IMG/VR virus record: IMGVR_UViG_3300018005_000013
DNA: 64,000 bases
Reading direction: 5' to 3' (one strand)
DNA from: an uncultured virus (IMG/VR IMGVR_UViG_3300018005_000013)
Taxonomy: Duplodnaviria > Heunggongvirae > Uroviricota > Caudoviricetes
Part shown: positions 63,879 to 64,000 of the stretch, in pieces
Layout: each line of letters begins with the position of its first letter
Numbering within the stretch: position 1 is the stretch's first letter
Program-made: the position numbers and the translations under genes
The notes under the pieces: model-generated
The model's database searches: none
Told to the model about the DNA's origin: nothing
What the model saw: only the letters and a program-made list of their open reading frames with translations

Positions 63879-64000
63879 GCCTCCTCTTGAATGATAATCA
63901 TTCGCGCCTCGAATGAGGCAGCGGTATGACCGCCTGCCCCAATTATCCCACCGCCTTCGTTCCCGGTTCCTCCGGGTCCCAGCCCTCGAGCTTGATCCAG

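Larger units (their letters stand above)
1..64000 (-). mobile_element. Segment of a tailed phage (or prophage) genome, siphovirus-like; extends beyond both window edges
   Basis: Terminase-portal-protease-capsid-neck-tail tube-tape measure synteny on one strand, many ATGA/GTGA stop-start overlaps, no tail sheath gene, no host housekeeping genes. Confidence 0.97.

Noticed and set aside
1..64000. Many long plus-strand ORFs (e.g. 37110..39449, 44374..45891, 29642..30940, 11153..12382)
   Set aside because: Antisense shadows of real minus-strand genes in GC-rich DNA; no recognisable motifs and full overlap with better-supported genes.
1..64000. Frequent CTCGAG sites
   Set aside because: Plausibly explained by preferred CTC-GAG (Leu-Glu) codons; palindromic and GC-rich, so not distinguishable from background by eye.
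1..64000. Host assignment and alternative genetic code
   Set aside because: Host cannot be determined from sequence alone; genes tile well with the standard code and all three stop codons are used.

Overview
The whole window is part of a high-GC (roughly two-thirds GC by eye) tailed-phage (Caudoviricetes) genome. Essentially all credible genes lie on the minus strand; no host genes, integrase or genome ends are visible. Read in transcription direction (right to left): a block of small early/accessory genes (MazG-like, ASCH, nucleoside-deoxyribosyltransferase-like, DNA methyltransferase, metallophosphoesterase, a glycosyltransferase, sigma70-type promoters); an atypical tRNA-Gly among structured non-coding elements; terminase small/large; a portal-MuF fusion; a ~15.5 kb block of probable capsid-internal proteins; prohead protease/scaffold; major capsid protein; a ~11 kb nucleotide-sugar synthesis and glycosyltransferase cluster; an HNH-AP2 endonuclease; and head-tail joining, tail tube, chaperone, tape measure and tail-tip genes running off the left edge. 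Main observations: (1) 13 copies of a peptide tag R|GGxGSGxxxHxGRPGxxGGS in six head-region proteins, alongside unrelated domains including an ExE ADP-ribosyltransferase, a HExxH metallopeptidase and a 2H phosphoesterase, suggesting a protease-processed capsid cargo-loading system for injected effectors; (2) a strand-polarised DNA motif TGRHAAT (about 100 copies by manual tally) written into coding sequence in all three frames, with an extended form upstream of late modules; (3) a CDP-3,6-dideoxyhexose-type pathway plus six glycosyltransferases between capsid and neck genes, suggesting virion glycosylation. All assignments come from motif recognition and synteny; no database searches were run.
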